From Terriglobia bacterium (GTDB lineage Bacteria; Acidobacteriota; Terriglobia; 20CM-2-55-15): 64,000 bases of DNA. Positions 30,964 to 41,370 of the stretch are shown one piece after another (within the stretch, counting starts at the first letter, position 1; each line of letters opens with the position of its first letter). Location: assembly GCA_965198225.1 (NCBI GenBank), contig CBDAOY010000005.1, forward strand, positions 576,001 through 640,000, in the 5' to 3' direction. Made by a program: the position numbers and the translations under genes. A model generated the notes under the pieces. The model did no database searches. It was not told where the DNA came from and saw only the letters and a program-made list of their open reading frames with translations.

Positions 30964-32304
30964 TCATGCCTTCGCCCACGGAAAGCTCGCCGTACGCGGC
31001 GCAAGATGCGTGAGCCCGTAATCGGACCAGAGCCGCTCGGACGGGAAGCGCACGTGTTTCCCGGTCCGCACCTTGTGCTTACGGCAGAGCCACTGGCGCA
31101 GCCGCCGGGTCGCGTGTTGATCAATCGCCTTGTAGGCCGGGCGGACCTGTCCCAGGATGAAATAGTTCGCCCAACCGATCAGCAACCGGTTGAGGCGTCC
31201 CACTACGACTCCCGACGGCAGGAGCACGTGGCGCGGCGCGGTCAACTCGCTCACACGACGGCAGATGCTCTGGACGCTTTCCCGGCTCGGATGTGTGCCT
31301 ATGTAGGCGGCACCCGTACCCGGCCGGTAGTTGCAACCGATCCGGTAGCCGAGGAACGTCATCGATTCCTCCGGCACCCGGCAGCAGCGGGTCTTCTCAA
31401 CGTTCATCGCCAACTTCAGACGTTTTATCAGGGCTTCGACCGCCGCTAGCATCACCGCTGCCGGCGCGCGACCGAGAACCGCGAAGTCATCCGCGTAGTT
31501 GACGATTTCCGCCTTGAAGTGCCGGGCGTAGCCCAGCACCTTCCAGCCCAGAATGAAGCGCCGCATGTAGATGTTGCTGAACAGCGGCGAGATCGGAGAC
31601 CCTTGCGGGGTCCCCTTCCGCTCGTGACGCGCCCGGTTCGTGCGGCGGCGACCGCCGCGCCCGTCGTCCTCTTCCACCGCCATCTCCAGCCACGCCTTGA
31701 CCCAGCCCAACAGCCGCCCGTCGCTCACACGCCGGGCGATGGACTTCATCAGGTCCGCGTGCGGAATCTGGCCGAAGTAGTCCGACAGGTCGGCGTCCAC
31801 CACCTCCCGGTGGCCCGTCCTCAGCAGCCGATGCACGCGCCTGACTGCGTCATGCGCGTCTCGGCCCGGCCGGTACGCATACTGCTCCGGTTGCAGGTCG
31901 GCTTCGAAGATCGGCGATAACACCAGCATCGCCGCCGTCTGCACCACCCGATCCCGGAGACACGGAATGCCCAACGGCCGGAACTTCCCTCGTTGCTTCT
32001 TCGGGATGAGAACCTGCCGAACCGCATGCGGCCGATAGGTCCCTTCCTTCAGGTCCCGCGCCAGTGCTCCCAGCCACCGGTCCACCCCGAACGCATCGAT
32101 GTCCGCGACCGTCTCGCCGTCCACCCCGGCCGCGCCGCCGTTGCGTCGCACGGCCTGCCAGGCGACTGCGAGCACGTCGTCGCGCCACACCTTGTCGCTC
32201 AGAGAGTAGAACCGGAAGCCCAGAGCTTCCTTCGCTTTCGCATGTAGCGCCGTCTGGAGTCGCTGAACTCTCTCCGAGGCTGTTAGGCTCTCGCCAGTCC
32301 TCAT
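30964..32304 (-). CDS. ltrA: Group II intron reverse transcriptase/maturase, no endonuclease domain
   Basis: GAAGVDG, RPLGIPCLRDR, VVDADLSDYF, GTPQGSPISP, NYADDF, FLGY and GWANYF motifs. Confidence 0.95.
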   Translation of the reverse strand: MRTGESLTASERVQRLQTALHAKAKEALGFRFYSLSDKVWRDDVLAVAWQAVRRNGGAAGVDGETVADIDAFGVDRWLGALARDLKEGTYRPHAVRQVLIPKKQRGKFRPLGIPCLRDRVVQTAAMLVLSPIFEADLQPEQYAYRPGRDAHDAVRRVHRLLRTGHREVVDADLSDYFGQIPHADLMKSIARRVSDGRLLGWVKAWLEMAVEEDDGRGGRRRTNRARHERKGTPQGSPISPLFSNIYMRRFILGWKVLGYARHFKAEIVNYADDFAVLGRAPAAVMLAAVEALIKRLKLAMNVEKTRCCRVPEESMTFLGYRIGCNYRPGTGAAYIGTHPSRESVQSICRRVSELTAPRHVLLPSGVVVGRLNRLLIGWANYFILGQVRPAYKAIDQHATRRLRQWLCRKHKVRTGKHVRFPSERLWSDYGLTHLAPRTASFPWAKA

Positions 32305-32481
32305 GTCCCTTCCTCCGTCATGCGCTGCTCTCGAACTGAGGTCCCTTCCCTCCACCGGCATTACCTGATGGGATGGACTCCTCCTTGATGACTGAGTCGG
32401 CATCGTAGTGCCAAAGTCATTGTGAAGCCTCGCGATGGTGCGGGCTAAACACGAGGACGTGTAAACAAGAAGGAGTCCGAG

Positions 32482-33516
32482 ATGAAGAGTAAAACGATCG
32501 CAGTGGATCTGGCAAAGAATGTTTTCGAGATTGGGATTTCCGACCGCCCCGGGCAGATGACGAAGACATACCGTTTAAGCCGGGGAAAGTTCTTGTCGTT
32601 TTTTGCGAATCAGGAGCTGGCGACGGTCGTGATGGAAGCCTGCAGTGCCGCCCATCACTGGGGACGAGAGATCCAGAAACTGGGGCACACAGTGGTACTG
32701 ATTTCACCGCAGTATGTCCGGCCCTACGTACCGAGGAGTAAGACGGATCGGGCGGATGTAAAAGGGTTGCTGGAGGCCCACCGGAATGCCGATATTCGGG
32801 CGGTACCCATTAAGACGGTGGCGCAACAGCAACTCACCGCCCTGCACCGCATCCGGTCGACCTGGATGCGGACCCGGACGGCGCGCATCAACATGGTGCG
32901 GGGGCTGCTGGGAGAGTTTGGGCTCGTGCTGCCGACGGGAGCCCGGCGGCTGGTGCCCGGAGTCATGGGGTTGATCGAAGATGCGGATGTTGAGATCCCC
33001 ATGACCGTACGCGTCATGTTCTCGGAAGTGTGCACCGAAATCCGCGAGCTGGAGGCACGCATTCAATCGGTGGAGCGGGAGTTGGAAGCCCTGGCCCGTC
33101 AGATGCCCGAGGTGGCCCGTCTGCGCTCGATCCCTGGAATCGGGCTGTTGACTTCCACGGCGATGGTAGGTTTTGTCGGTGACCCCCGACGGTTTCGATC
33201 CTGTCGCCACTTTGCCAGTTATCTGGGACTCACCCCGCGTGAGCGTTCGAGCGGAAACCGGCGTCGGCTGGGAGCGATCAGCAAACAAGGCAACGTCTAC
33301 CTGCGGATGCTGCTCATACACGGTGGCCGCACTCTGCTATGGAGTGCGCATCGAAAAGGGGCGCAACCTTCGGCTCTGCAGAAATGGGGTCTCCGTCTCC
33401 ACACACTCCGCGGGCACAACACGGCCACGGTTGCTTTAGCCAACAAACTGGCCCGCACGGTTTGGGCCGTCTGGACACAGGACACGGCGTACGAGGCTGA
33501 CCGACGGGCGGCCTGA
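32482..33516 (+). CDS. IS110 DEDD recombinase/transposase
   Basis: AVDLAKNVF, VMEAC, KTDRAD, SIPGIG, GLTPRERSSG and VALANKLAR motifs. Confidence 0.95.
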   Translation: MKSKTIAVDLAKNVFEIGISDRPGQMTKTYRLSRGKFLSFFANQELATVVMEACSAAHHWGREIQKLGHTVVLISPQYVRPYVPRSKTDRADVKGLLEAHRNADIRAVPIKTVAQQQLTALHRIRSTWMRTRTARINMVRGLLGEFGLVLPTGARRLVPGVMGLIEDADVEIPMTVRVMFSEVCTEIRELEARIQSVERELEALARQMPEVARLRSIPGIGLLTSTAMVGFVGDPRRFRSCRHFASYLGLTPRERSSGNRRRLGAISKQGNVYLRMLLIHGGRTLLWSAHRKGAQPSALQKWGLRLHTLRGHNTATVALANKLARTVWAVWTQDTAYEADRRAA

Positions 33517-33546
33517 CACCATGACTGTAGGAACATCCTTTCAGTA

Positions 33547-33717
33547 GACTGCGACGACGTTCGAGTTGATGACGTACCGGTCAGACCGGCGCGGGGAAAC
33601 GCCGGAGAAGCCGTGGCCCCTGGAGGCCGTTTACCCGGTTGGCACCCCGCGCGCGAATTTCATCATGGCCCGGAACTCAAACGTTCCATTCGAGAGGCCG
33701 AAGATACGGATGCAGTC
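33547..33717 (+). ncRNA. Putative bridge/seekRNA of the IS1111-type element
   Basis: Closing stem GACTGC/GCAGTC. Two internal loops carry target-matching segments (GAAGCCG, TTACCCGG) and donor-matching segments (CATCA, AGATA). Confidence 0.75.
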
Positions 33718-34420
33718 GATCTGTCACTCAACTCGAAAATCAAATATCAGGATGCTGAAAAGAATCTTCGGGAAAAGGATATGGGACAGCTGCGCCTACT
33801 TGACAGGAGGAGTCCAGATACGGCTTTCTTGGTACTGCGGACCTCTCCGCCACCCTGTCGGCCCAACCTGACCCTCGCGGGCTGTCGGTTGGCGCGTGCC
33901 ACGCCACCGGCAGGGCTTCCCGTGTTGCGTCCAATCCCCTCTTCCATACATGCCACCGCCCAATACCCCGGCGGAACCAGTCGGTGCTCGCGTCGCTCGC
34001 TTCCCGACCGCTGGCAGCCTTCCCCGTTTCAACGGCGGGTCGGCTTCCGCATTGTGCGTTTCGAGGCCTGCTCGGCGTTTACTCGCGTTGTGGCCTGTGT
34101 GGTCGCTGAGCCGCCCGAGGCGGCCCTTTGTCATCGGAGTGCTTCAGACGATGTTGTTACCTCCACCATCCGCTCCGATTGCTACCGACTGGAGCGACAG
34201 TTGCCGGGCGGGATTCGCACCCGCTGAGGATTGGCGCCTTCTCACGGCGCACGTTGAAATAAGACATAAGGACCCTCGTCGAGCAATACTGCGCTCGGGC
34301 CCGGCGGCGCAATCTACATCCCTGATCTACATACCCTGCCAATGCAAGGCACGCGCTCCGATGCACCGGCTCGGAGCCGCGCCATCCTGTACGTCGCCGA
34401 GCAGGGATGCACGTGGCGGG

Positions 34421-35974
34421 TTAACGGACCCTGCCCGCCGTGCTCGCGCGCAGGCCCTTCCAGGTGCTGTAGCACATGGCGACCAGCACCAGCGCGAAGG
34501 GGAGGCTGGCGGCGAGGGTGGCCGCCTGCGCGGCTACGAGGCCGCCGCCGAGCAGCAGCGCGATGGCGATCAGCCCTTCGAAGACGCACCAGAACACGCG
34601 CTGGGCAACCGGCGCATCCAGCTTGCCGCCGGCGGTGATGGTGTCGATGACCAGTGATCCGGAGTCGGAGGAGGTGACAAAGAACACCACCACCAGCACG
34701 AGGCCGATGAACGAGGTGACCGTAGCAAGTGGCAGCGTCTCCAGCAGCGCGAACAGGGCGATCTCCGGCTGTTGCGCCTGCACCGCCGCGATCACGGCGG
34801 GATGGCCGCGCTCGACGTACTGCGACACCGCGGTCCCGCCGAAGGCATTCATCCAGATCGTAGCAGTCAGCGTCGGGATGACCAGCATGCAGGCGATCAG
34901 TTCGCGCACCGTCCGGCCACGCGAAACCCGGGCGATGAACAGGCCGACGAAGGGGGACCACGAGAGCCACCAGGCCCAGTAGAAGGTCGTCCAGCCGTGC
35001 ATGAAGTCGAGATCCTCTCGGCCCACCCAGTTGCTGAGCGGTACGATCGATGCCAGATACTGGCCGAGGCTGGTCACAACGCCGGTGGCGATGACGCGCG
35101 TCGGCCCGACCGTCAGCACGAACGCCAGCAGTAGCAGGGCGAGCAGCAGGTTGGCCTCGCTCAGCCGCTTGACCCCCCTCTCCATCCCGCTGACGACCGA
35201 CGCCAGCGCCATGCCGGTGATGCCGACGATCAGCAGCACCTGGGTGGTGTCGGTCGCCGGCGCGCCCCACAGGCGGGCCAGCCCCGCCGCCAACTGCTCG
35301 GCGCCCAGGCCGAGCGATGTGGCCAGTCCAAAGAGCGTGGCAAAGACGGCGAGGATGTCGATGCCGTGGCCGAACCGGCCCCACACCGCCTCCCCCATGA
35401 GCGGATAGAACGCCGACCGCAACGCCAGCGGCAGGCCGAGGTTGTACGAAGCGAAGGCGATCGCCACCGCCACCACCGCGTACATGGCCCATCCATGGAT
35501 TCCCCAGTGGTAGATGGCGCTGGCCATGCCGAGGCGCGCCGCCGCCGGGTCGCCCGCCGCGAGACCGAGCGGCGGGTGCAGGAAATGCTCCACCGGTTCC
35601 GACACCCCGAAGAACATCAGGCCGATGCCCGTCCCGGCGGCGAACAGCATGGCGAACCAAGCCGATCTGGAATAGTCCGGCCGGGCATCTGCGCCGCCCA
35701 GGCGCACGCGGCCGACCGGCGTCACCAGCAATAGCAGGCAGAAGAGCACGAAGAGGGTGGCCACGCCCATCAACACCCAGTCGAAGGTCGACATGAGCCA
35801 CGCGCGCAACGCCCCGAAGGCGACCGCCGCCCCGGTCTGGAACGCCAGCACCCCGGCGACGAATGCGATGATGGTAAGGCTGGAGACGACGAAAACCGGA
35901 TTATGGATGTCGAGGCCGAGGAACTGGACGTTGTCCTGACCCGGCTTGTAGTCGATCTTCGAGATCTCAGCCAT
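34421..35974 (-). CDS. BCCT family betaine/carnitine/choline transporter
   Basis: WFAMLFAAGTGIGL, YHWGIHGW, WTTFYWAWW.SWSPFVG and FFVTSSDSG motifs. Confidence 0.95.
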   Translation of the reverse strand: MAEISKIDYKPGQDNVQFLGLDIHNPVFVVSSLTIIAFVAGVLAFQTGAAVAFGALRAWLMSTFDWVLMGVATLFVLFCLLLLVTPVGRVRLGGADARPDYSRSAWFAMLFAAGTGIGLMFFGVSEPVEHFLHPPLGLAAGDPAAARLGMASAIYHWGIHGWAMYAVVAVAIAFASYNLGLPLALRSAFYPLMGEAVWGRFGHGIDILAVFATLFGLATSLGLGAEQLAAGLARLWGAPATDTTQVLLIVGITGMALASVVSGMERGVKRLSEANLLLALLLLAFVLTVGPTRVIATGVVTSLGQYLASIVPLSNWVGREDLDFMHGWTTFYWAWWLSWSPFVGLFIARVSRGRTVRELIACMLVIPTLTATIWMNAFGGTAVSQYVERGHPAVIAAVQAQQPEIALFALLETLPLATVTSFIGLVLVVVFFVTSSDSGSLVIDTITAGGKLDAPVAQRVFWCVFEGLIAIALLLGGGLVAAQAATLAASLPFALVLVAMCYSTWKGLRASTAGRVR

Positions 35975-36356
35975 ACGGTTTCGTCAGCGGTGCCGCAGCA
36001 CAGCCGTTCCACCGCCACCACGGCGGTAAGCGGCGGGGCAATGACGTGCGCCGTGCACGTCTGATACTGCCGCTGGCCAAAGGCCGGTCATTTTTCGCGA
36101 CCCGTAAAGCTTAGGCAATACTAGAGTGTTGCACAACCGCTCCTTTGTGCAACCCACCGGCAGTGTCTAACACCGTTGGTGAAGCTGGAAGAATTGCGCG
36201 TGGCCACCACCGGCCGAGTCGCTGCCAGCCAAGGACGGGGCTTCTCTCTGCCTCGGATTTGGCAAAAGTGCGCTGAGGCGTGTAGGGGCCGTTGCGCCAG
36301 ATCCGCCAAGGTGTACTCGCGAGGGTCGAAACGGCTACCACGCCAGGGGGGGGCGT

Positions 36357-37487
36357 TCAATCTCCGAGTGCCGTCTGTACGAGCCTGTGGAAATGGTGCA
36401 ACGCGTGCTCGCTGATCTCGGTGCGGTCACGGTCGACAATGAAGCGTCCCTGCGTGTAACAGCGCGCGTGCAGCCCCCGTTGCACGGACTCGCAGATCGC
36501 GAAATCCTCAGGGCCAAGCACGTTGTCGAAGTAGCTGATTCGTGCCAGATCCCGTTCGTCCAAGGCCTCCGACAGTGCGTAGCGGCTGAACTGAACCGCG
36601 GTCGTCTCCGATCCTGTCGGCGCGTAGGCGCCCACGCTCAGGATCGGCCGGCCTGGATAGACATTGAAAACGGTGAAAGGCCACAGATACCAGAACGCGG
36701 CGCGCTGCACTGGATCGTCCGGAGAGAATGCGTAGGCCTTGTTTTTCGGGTTTACACGCTCCCCGATATGGCTCGAATGGATGCCGCAGATCTTGGAGCG
36801 ATAGCTGCCCAGGTCTACGAGGTCCGCAAAGGCGGGGTGGGTCGACTTGCAGTGGTAGCATTCGAGGTAGTTGTCGACCGCGACTTTCCAGTTACACCTG
36901 ATCTCCGAGCGTAGCTCCGCGACCTTGACCATGCTGTCGAAGCCGGGCACTACGTCTCGGATTTCGTCGTCCAGGCCGGGGGCTTGGCTGGCGAGTGCTG
37001 GCGCGTTCGGATCGAGGTTGATGAACACGAAGCCGACAAAGACCTCGACCCGGACCGCCTTCAGGCAAAATGCGTTGGCGTCGAAATCCGTAACGTTTTT
37101 ACTGCCGCGTGCTGTGCGTAAGCTACCATCTGCGCGATACGACCATGCATGGTAAGGGCAGACAATGGTCCTGGTCGTGCCGCGGCCCTTGAGGAGTTCA
37201 TGCGCCCGGTGGGAGCACACGTTGTAAAATGCGCGCAGCGTGGAGTCGCGACCGCGTATAACCATGATGTTCTGGTCGAGCACGCCGTGCGTGACGTAAC
37301 TGCCGAACTCCCGGAGGTCGCTTGTATGGCAGACCACCTGCCATGTGCGATAGAAGATCGTTTCCTTTTCACGCTCGAATATTTCATCGTCCAGGCAGTA
37401 GCGCGCCGGCAAGGCATAAGCGTGTTCGGGGTCAGCGGCGACGCGTTTTTCACCGGCGCCCGCAGATTTTAGATTAGTGACAGCCAT
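36357..37487 (-). CDS. Rieske oxygenase alpha subunit (choline monooxygenase/CntA-like)
   Basis: Rieske motif CSH...CPYH and mononuclear Fe motif NWK...DNYLECYHC...H. Confidence 0.9.
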   Translation of the reverse strand: MAVTNLKSAGAGEKRVAADPEHAYALPARYCLDDEIFEREKETIFYRTWQVVCHTSDLREFGSYVTHGVLDQNIMVIRGRDSTLRAFYNVCSHRAHELLKGRGTTRTIVCPYHAWSYRADGSLRTARGSKNVTDFDANAFCLKAVRVEVFVGFVFINLDPNAPALASQAPGLDDEIRDVVPGFDSMVKVAELRSEIRCNWKVAVDNYLECYHCKSTHPAFADLVDLGSYRSKICGIHSSHIGERVNPKNKAYAFSPDDPVQRAAFWYLWPFTVFNVYPGRPILSVGAYAPTGSETTAVQFSRYALSEALDERDLARISYFDNVLGPEDFAICESVQRGLHARCYTQGRFIVDRDRTEISEHALHHFHRLVQTALGD

Positions 37488-37728
37488 CGTTGCGCCTCCT
37501 CATAATCCAGGTCGCCGTAGACGCTGGAGAATGAAATCCCGAATCTGTCCGTTCGCCTACAGGAGAAGTCCGGTTGCGCTCCTCGTCTGGAGTAATCACT
37601 TGGGCAATCCCCAGCTCGTCGTAGAACACATCGCCAGGCTCCCCGGCCCGAGGGTCCCAAGCTTAACAGCTTGGCACAGCACTCCGCGATGGTTCGCAGT
37701 TCTTGAATGCCAGGTACAAACCCTGTTC

Positions 37729-37971
37729 CTATAGTGCGACGTCCCGCGAAGGGTTTGTGTCGCGTGATGGCAGGTCACCGTCTTCCAAAGGCGAAGAAAG
37801 CAGCAACCGGCCAAAGGACGGTACCTGCCGAAGACGATTCCATTCATCAACGCCCAGGATGACGGCCCGGGGCTTGCCATGGCGGGTGATGACCGCCGTC
37901 TCGGCTTGGGCAGCTTCCTCCACGAGCGCCGACAGCTTGACCTTGGCCTCACGTAATTGCACCTCTCGCAT
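37729..37971 (-). CDS. Phd/YefM antitoxin (orphan)
   Basis: EAKVKLSALVE...VITRHGKPRAV with a GGAGGAG RBS. No toxin ORF downstream. Confidence 0.8.
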   Translation of the reverse strand: MREVQLREAKVKLSALVEEAAQAETAVITRHGKPRAVILGVDEWNRLRQVPSFGRLLLSSPLEDGDLPSRDTNPSRDVAL

Positions 37972-37994
37972 TGCGACTCCTCCCAAGAAAAGAA

Positions 37995-38078
37995 CCAATG
38001 TGTCGCCGCCGCCGTCCAGCTCAGCCACGATAGATACTCCTGCGCATCATTCCAGCTCACGCACGTCACCGGATGGCG
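37995..38078 (-). pseudogene. Formylglycine-generating enzyme domain fragment
   Basis: HPVTCVSWNDAQEYLSWLS. Confidence 0.6.
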
Positions 38079-38309
38079 ATATGGTTCTCTCTCCTCCCGG
38101 TATCAAATTTCAGGTTCTATCCGGATCGGGGCAGCACGCTTTCCTGGCTCCACCTCACTCGGCCTGAACCCTCCAGTGATGGATTCACGCAACCCTTCCA
38201 AGCCCGCCCCGCGATTCGGACGCGGCTTCGGAGAACTTTACAGGCCCCACTCGCCTCAACGTAGCGGCTCAATCCCTCGTCTACACTTCGTCGAAAAAGA
38301 AGAGTTCGA

Positions 38310-40267
38310 TCAAGGCGACACGGACAGATCCAGCGGTTGACCGGCCACATCGACAAAAGTGAGTGTTCCGGACGAGGCCTGGCCGGCGGTCCCACTGAAC
38401 AGGATGAACTGCGTGGACCAACCCCCGGAGTCCGCGAGATGTGGGAAGAATCTGTCCGCCGTCGTAGACGCACCCGTTTCGTTGGATGGCGGGGTCGTCG
38501 TTACCTTCAGTTCGCCTCTCTCGTTGACGCGTAATCGCAGTCCAACGATGACGACTTCGGCCGTGGAAGTGACCCGGAGCACCCCGGAAAAGTTGTCCGG
38601 CAGTGGAAAGAACTCGTCCAGGAAACGGGCAACCTGACCCGATGGTGGAAGCGTGAGTGTGACCGGGGCGGCAGCAAGCGATCCATCGGGGTTTGTCACC
38701 TCCAGAGTCACGGTATTGGCTGTAACCGCCGCGTTGGCGATGGCCAGTCCGCTTCTTACCGACCCGGCCTGTTCGGGCGTTCCGGACGTTTCAACATAGA
38801 CACGGAATGCCGATCCCTTGGAGAGCGCGGGCACGCCCGCTTCCGAAAGGGTCTTTCCAGCGGGGGCATAAGAAAAGACGACGAGACCGGAAGGCGCTAC
38901 GTTTCCGCTGTGGGGAGTTGCTCTCACGGAGCCGCTGTTCAGTGCTCCGGAGGGATTCCCGGTTGTGAATCGCTGAGAGCTACGGGTAGGAATTGAATAC
39001 TCGAAGCTCGATCCCGTAGAGCCATCCTCAAGCGTCAGGATCGCGGGAGCGGCCGCAGCCGTGCCGCTGCCCCGTCCAAGGAACCCGACCGTTCCCGTGA
39101 TTGTTCGATCCGTTGGGTTCAAGAGAATGACCTGGGTCACCCATCCGCCACCCGCTGCAAAATGAGGGAAGACGACCGTTTCCGTAGCCGACGACGACAG
39201 GGGCGCGACCGGGAGCGTCGTCATCAGAAACTCACCCGCTTCGTTGGTGAACCCCCGGAGAGCGATGACCGCGATGGGAACCGATGAGGTAAACGTGAAG
39301 GTCCCCATTACGGAACTGCCCCCGTTGAATGGGGGTTGATCCAGGAATTTCGCAGTCTGCTGGTGCGCCCCGAGCTCGACGGTTCCGCTACCCACGTTGG
39401 CGCCGCCAGTGTCGGTGAAATAGAAGCGGATGGTTGCCGGCAGGTCGTTGGGATTGGCGATCGCCAGTCCGGTATTGACCGGACCATTCACTTCGGCAAA
39501 TATCCGGCCCTCCGGAACAGGCACGGTGGCCGGGACTCCCGCTTCAGAAATGAGGACGCCTTGACTGTCCCTGAATTGGAAAATGGCGAGCCCGGAAGGT
39601 GTGGTCGAACCCGCCGCCGCACGGATGCGCCCATAGCCCACTCTCAGTGTCTCCGCCGTTCCGCTGCTCGTCGTGGACCATCCTCCCCGATCCGGGATTG
39701 AGAACGATTCGGTCCCGGGGGGGGGGCTGGGGCCACCGTTCGTGGCGCAGACGGCCCCATGGAAAGTGATCGTCGCCAGCCACGCGTGCAACTCAGATCC
39801 CGGCATCACGCATAACCCTGTGTTGCGGATGTCGAACACTTGAAGCCGGGTCAGGTTTTCTATTTCGGGCGTGATCGTTCCGGTCAACTGATTGTCGTTG
39901 AGGTACAAGTACTGCAGCTGGGCCAGGTTCCCCAACTCTGCCGGAATGGGTCCCGTCAACTTATTCTCGCCCAGGTACAACTGCTCAAGGTTGGGCAGCG
40001 TGCCGAGCCTGCCCGGAATCGATCCGGTCAGGTCGTTGCGCCAGAGCGACAGCCTCGTCAGCGGTTCCAGATCTCCGAGCCTCGACGGAATCGGTCCGGC
40101 CAACCGGTTTCCCGCGAGATCGAGCCACACGAGTTCGGACAAGCTCGCCAACTCCGGCGGGACCGGCCCGGTCAACGCATTGTCCCGGAGGTCCAGCCAC
40201 CAGAGGTTGGACAGCATGCCCAGATTGCTCGGTATCGGTCCCGCCAGCTCGTTGTCGCTGAGGTCCG
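38310..40267 (-). pseudogene. Leucine-rich-repeat protein with repeated beta-rich C-terminal domains, 5'-truncated by IS5
   Basis: 24-aa LxLxxNxLTGPIPxELGNL repeats, with duplicated TGLAIAN/FPHFA.GGGW.TQ domains. Confidence 0.85.
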
Positions 40268-41370
40268 ACCTTGTTGCATGGATCATCCCGAAGGATGTCT
40301 TATCATTGTGTTTTTCAACACCGGGGATAACTTAGATGCCACATAAGTTCAACGCAGCCCGACGGCACAAGTTTGATAAGGCGCAGTACCGGGTGATCAA
40401 CTGGGCGGAATATAACGAGAGCCTGCGCCAGCGGGGTGATCTGACGATTTGGGTCAGTGATGAGGCTCAAAGTGTGTGGCGCGCGCCGCGCCGCACGTCA
40501 CGGGGTGGCCAGCGGAGATACTCGGATCTGGCGATCGAGACATGCCTGACGCTGCGCACGGCGTATCGGCTTGGGTTGCGACAAACGCAGGGGCTGATGG
40601 GTTCCATCGGCACGCTCATGGGGCTGGATATACGGGTGCCGGACTTCTCCACACTGTCGCGTCGCGCAAACGGCTTGAGCATCGCGCAGGTGATGAGGCA
40701 AGCCGGGTCTGTGCCTGTCCATCTGGTGGTGGACAGTACCGGCCTCAAGATCTTCGGCGAAGGGGAATGGCTCGCGCAGAAACATAAAACCAGGGGAATA
40801 CGCCGCCGCTGGCGCAAACTCCACCTCGGACTGGACCTCCATAGCGGTGCGATTGTTTGCGCCAATCTGACTCACGATGACGTTGGAGACAGCACCGCCT
40901 TGCCCGGGCTCCTGGATCAACTCGATGCCCCTGTCACGGGCTTTCTGGCGGACGGCGCCTATGATGGAGCGTCCACACGGGATCTGCTGAGGGAACGGTA
41001 TGGGGAGACCCTGGATGTGGTTATACCGCCGCCAAAGAACGCAGTGATCCGACCGCAATCGGCGCGGGATCCAACCGTTCGGGATCGCCATATTGCCCAG
41101 ATCCGCAGCAACGGCCGCATGGCCTGGCAAGTGGCCACAGGGTACAACCAGCGCAGCCGGATAGAAACGCAGATCGGCCGGTGGAAGAGCGTCATCGGCC
41201 CCAAGCTCAAATCTCGCAGCTTCTCCAGGCAAATCACGGAGATCCAGGTCGGCCAGAAAGTCCTGAACACAATGACCGCACTCGGACGGCCTGTGTTCGA
41301 ACGTATCGCCTGACGCTACCGCTTTGGAAAGGGCGAATTCCATCTCCGCCCCGATCCATGCAACAACGCT
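40268..41370 (+). mobile_element. IS5-family element (IS903 group), transposase at 40336-41313
   Basis: IR core TTGTTGCATGGATC at both ends. NWAEYNESLRQRG, VDSTGLK, WRKLHL and ADGAYD motifs. Confidence 0.92.

Larger units (their letters stand above)
32366..33820 (+). mobile_element. IS110-family element, IS1111 subgroup
   Basis: Sub-terminal IRs TGGACTCCTCCT and AGGAGGAGTCCA, no target duplication, and a 300-bp non-coding 3' region. Confidence 0.88.
29485..34252 (-). mobile_element. Group II intron (outer), interrupted by nested introns and an IS110 element
   Basis: 5' GTGCG at 34252. DV is GAGCCGGATGCGGGAAATCCGCATGTCCGGTTC. The DVI 3' end is ...GTCGACTCTAC at 29485. EBS1 GTTGAAA pairs with the 5' exon TTTCAAC. 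Confidence 0.9.

Noticed and set aside
30964-32403. RT as a retron, DGR or defence RT, and the longer 479-aa start
   Set aside because: Intron RNA domains flank it and the maturase domain is present. The extra N-terminus runs through intron RNA into the IS110 end.
33800-33820. Junction promoter formed on IS110 circularisation
   Set aside because: TTGACA is present, but the spacing to the junction TATGAT would be only 13 bp, so it is not claimed.
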